A stretch of 54,053 bases of DNA, the filler included, from Sluysia triapertura (lineage: Eukaryota): NCBI GenBank assembly GCA_046118255.1. It is 4 parts of 4 records of this genome, joined end to end, with 100 filler letters (N's around TTAATTAATTAA, not from the genome) between each part and the next. Parts side by side here need not be neighbours in the genome. Positions count along the whole stretch, not along the records: positions 38,948 to 54,053 come from JBJNIA010239216.1; 3 more parts are not named here. The stretch is one strand, 5' to 3'. Position 1 is the stretch's first letter, and every line of letters begins with the position of its first letter. This document shows positions 52,941-54,053 of this stretch, piece by piece. The notes below the pieces were generated by a model, which worked only from the letters and a program-made list of their open reading frames with translations, was not told the origin of the DNA and did not search any database. The translations under genes and the position numbers were made by a program.

Positions 52941-54053
52941 AATTTACTTTCTGACAAAGATTTTATGATTAATTTTAGACATCAGTTTAAGAGATAATTG
53001 GTTTCATTCAATAATTTTGAATATTTGTGATTCATTGATATTTAGTGTTAATTTATGAACATTACATAATTCGTTGATTTAATTTATCATCTGACATTTT
53101 CGTTATTATTCATACGTTCGATAAGCATTAATTCAACAAAGATACAATGGATGAAACTTAATTTATTTGATCATTTACACTAATTTCGATATTTGATCGA
53201 ACTTTATTATTAAATTAAATTATATAATTAAATTAAGAAACATAAACCAAAAATTATCAGAGTTTATAAATGTAACAAAATATTCAATTTTTCATTTTTA
53301 ATTTTTTAATTATTTTAATTTTCAAAACTTATTTAATTTAAATTTATTCAAAAAATAAAATTATTTCGAAATAAAATTAAAATCATTTTCATTAAGATTA
53401 TAATGCTTTATATTACTTTAAAATAAGATTTGATAGAGTTTGTATATATTCAAAATTTAATAACAAATAGTAACTAATTTTAGATTGAAATTAAATAAAT
53501 TGAGAATCCATAAAGAGAATGTAAAATCCAAGTTTAAAAACATGAAATCAAATAAAAATCATTTTAATACGTAAATCAAAATCATTTTAAATTGAGATTG
53601 AACAAAACTTATAAGTAATTAAATATTAGTAACATTATTCTCGATTATAATTAATTTAAATTAAAGATTATGCAGAATAGATAGAATAATGTTAAACTAA
53701 ATTTAAAAGCATTATAATCAAGAAAAATTATATTAAAATGAGAATAAATAAAATGTATATGTAATCAAAAGTTATTAACATATTGTTGATATGTGAAGAG
53801 TTTGGAGTTTAAACCTTTTTTAATTTTTTAACGTGAGTCCCTTATAACCTTAGACTTATACACTTAAGGGCTAAAATTATAGGCAATATTAAGAAAGGTA
53901 GTGGAGGTGACAGAATATTTCGTAACTTTGTGGTATAAATTCAAGTAAAATATGTAAATTAGTGTGACAAGTCAAGAAATGCAATCCTTTTTTGGTTATT
54001 ATTATTTTGATATTCAAAATTTTAATCTTTAAAGTTTACGTCGATTTTACGTC

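Overview
AT-rich eukaryotic (invertebrate, flatworm-like by inference) nuclear DNA. It is four separate pieces joined by three identical 100-bp spacers (N44-TTAATTAATTAA-N44 at 12938, 26148 and 38848), plus one sized gap at 20006-20146, so neighbourhood across the spacers is not trustworthy. Spliced genes reconstructed by hand: transaldolase (minus, five exons, 31-37-nt introns, 3' end missing), a divergent UFD1-like gene head-to-head with it (plus, four exons, 3' end missing), and the 3' half of WDSUB1 (WD40-SAM-U-box, minus). Less certain are a disrupted ZFYVE26-like region, an unknown spliced gene at 30-31 kb, an intronless RING ORF and decayed ankyrin-gene repeats. The rest is mostly transposon debris: a mariner remnant, a pogo-type MITE with an empty paralogous site, a hAT-like MITE, L2/CR1-like and gypsy fragments, and two NeSL/Utopia/R5-group non-LTR fragments. 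The most interesting signals are (i) two copies of a hairpin at 5.4 and 5.9 kb whose differences are compensatory, (ii) an RLE-retrotransposon fragment that begins exactly inside the D-arm of a tRNA-Ala-like repeat, and (iii) an intronless orphan+RING cassette between the two RLE-element fragments. All family assignments come from motif recognition by eye; no searches were run.
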